From the NCBI RefSeq assembly GCF_001194135.2, contig NC_068989.1, positions 59,210,853 through 59,274,852 of the forward strand: 64,000 bases of DNA. Direction: 5' to 3'. The notes under the pieces were generated by a model that saw only the letters and a program-made list of their open reading frames with translations, had not been told where the DNA came from and did not search any database. This document shows positions 63,165-64,000 of the stretch, in pieces. How positions within the stretch are numbered: position 1 is the first letter of the stretch; each line of letters opens with the position of its first letter. The DNA comes from Octopus bimaculoides (lineage: Eukaryota). Both the position numbers and the translations under genes were made by a program.

Positions 63165-63576
63165 TGTATGTATACGATTCTGTTCATGTATGCGAGAAAA
63201 GATTTCTTGACATGTACAGTGGAGGTCATTTATTAAAGTCTAAGATTCCACATTTTGTCGGTTTCATATTACCGGTGATCATAAAATTGGATCTATTTAC
63301 AAAGGTTCTTTTCTACACATTCGGGCGCGCACATACACATCCACACTCACATACTCACCCATTCACCCATACAAACAGATGCATATATATATATATAATG
63401 TTCTGTGATAGAAATATCAACTATTGCTTATGGTGAGAGAAAAATACTATTTATTTAAAGGACACAGTACATGTCTTATTCAATTTTTCTAGTTCGTCAT
63501 TATAGGTATTTCTCAACATATGAAAGTATAAGTAGCACTTAAAAACATGTATTGTGTTGTCCTTTAATTGAAAAAT

Positions 63577-63615
<39 letters not shown>

Positions 63616-63801
63616 TCTTGCTGTAAAGAACACAGCTACTAAAGTGGATGAAGAAAATTTGAAGCGTTGCTTTGGTATAACGTTTACAGCACCTGTCACA
63701 TTGTAAGATGATATGGGTTTGAGACACACGGACCGCCTTCGAACTTTATCCATTCAAGGGTTTTGTTTTTTTATTTTTTCAACTCAAAATTGTACACGCA
63801 A

Positions 63802-63998
63802 AAGGCGGCGAGCTGGTAGAAACTTTACTACGCTGGGCGAAATGCTTAGTGGTATTTCATCTGTCTTTACGTTCTGTGTTCAAATTCCGCCGAGGTCGAC
63901 TTTGCCTTTCGTCCTTTCGGGATTGCGTACTGGGATCATTTTAATCGACTGGCCCCCTTCCCCAAAATTTCGGGCCTTGTACCGAGAGTAGAAAAGAA
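63802..63998 (+). mobile_element. SINE family A copy
   Basis: Same consensus. Confidence 0.8.
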
Positions 63999-64000
63999 TA

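Overview
AT-rich, microsatellite-dense animal genomic DNA with assembly gaps. The repeat landscape suggests a coleoid cephalopod, probably Octopus (inference). I could reconstruct two convergent, intron-rich glycosyltransferase genes by hand, with consistent GT-AG boundaries and exon phases. (1) A chitin synthase (GT2) on + has 9 supported coding exons from 6789 to 25660 (about 1358 aa, 5' end unresolved) and a ~350-aa Ser/Asn-rich insert in the catalytic domain. (2) A complete polypeptide N-acetylgalactosaminyltransferase (GT27, GALNT family) on - has 11 coding exons from 59204 to 30695 (653 aa). Introns and the intergenic region hold decayed R4/Dong-like, CR1-like and RTE LINEs, mariner/Tc1 relics, several tRNA-derived SINE families, MITEs and non-autonomous Helitrons. 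The most interesting non-genic signal is a near-canonical minimal type I hammerhead ribozyme (26946-27019, - strand) between the two 3' ends. Related degenerate hammerhead motifs lie in a chitin synthase intron and in a 33-bp-TIR element in a GALNT intron, pointing to a Penelope/retrozyme-like family. All calls come from manual reading; no database search or folding was run.
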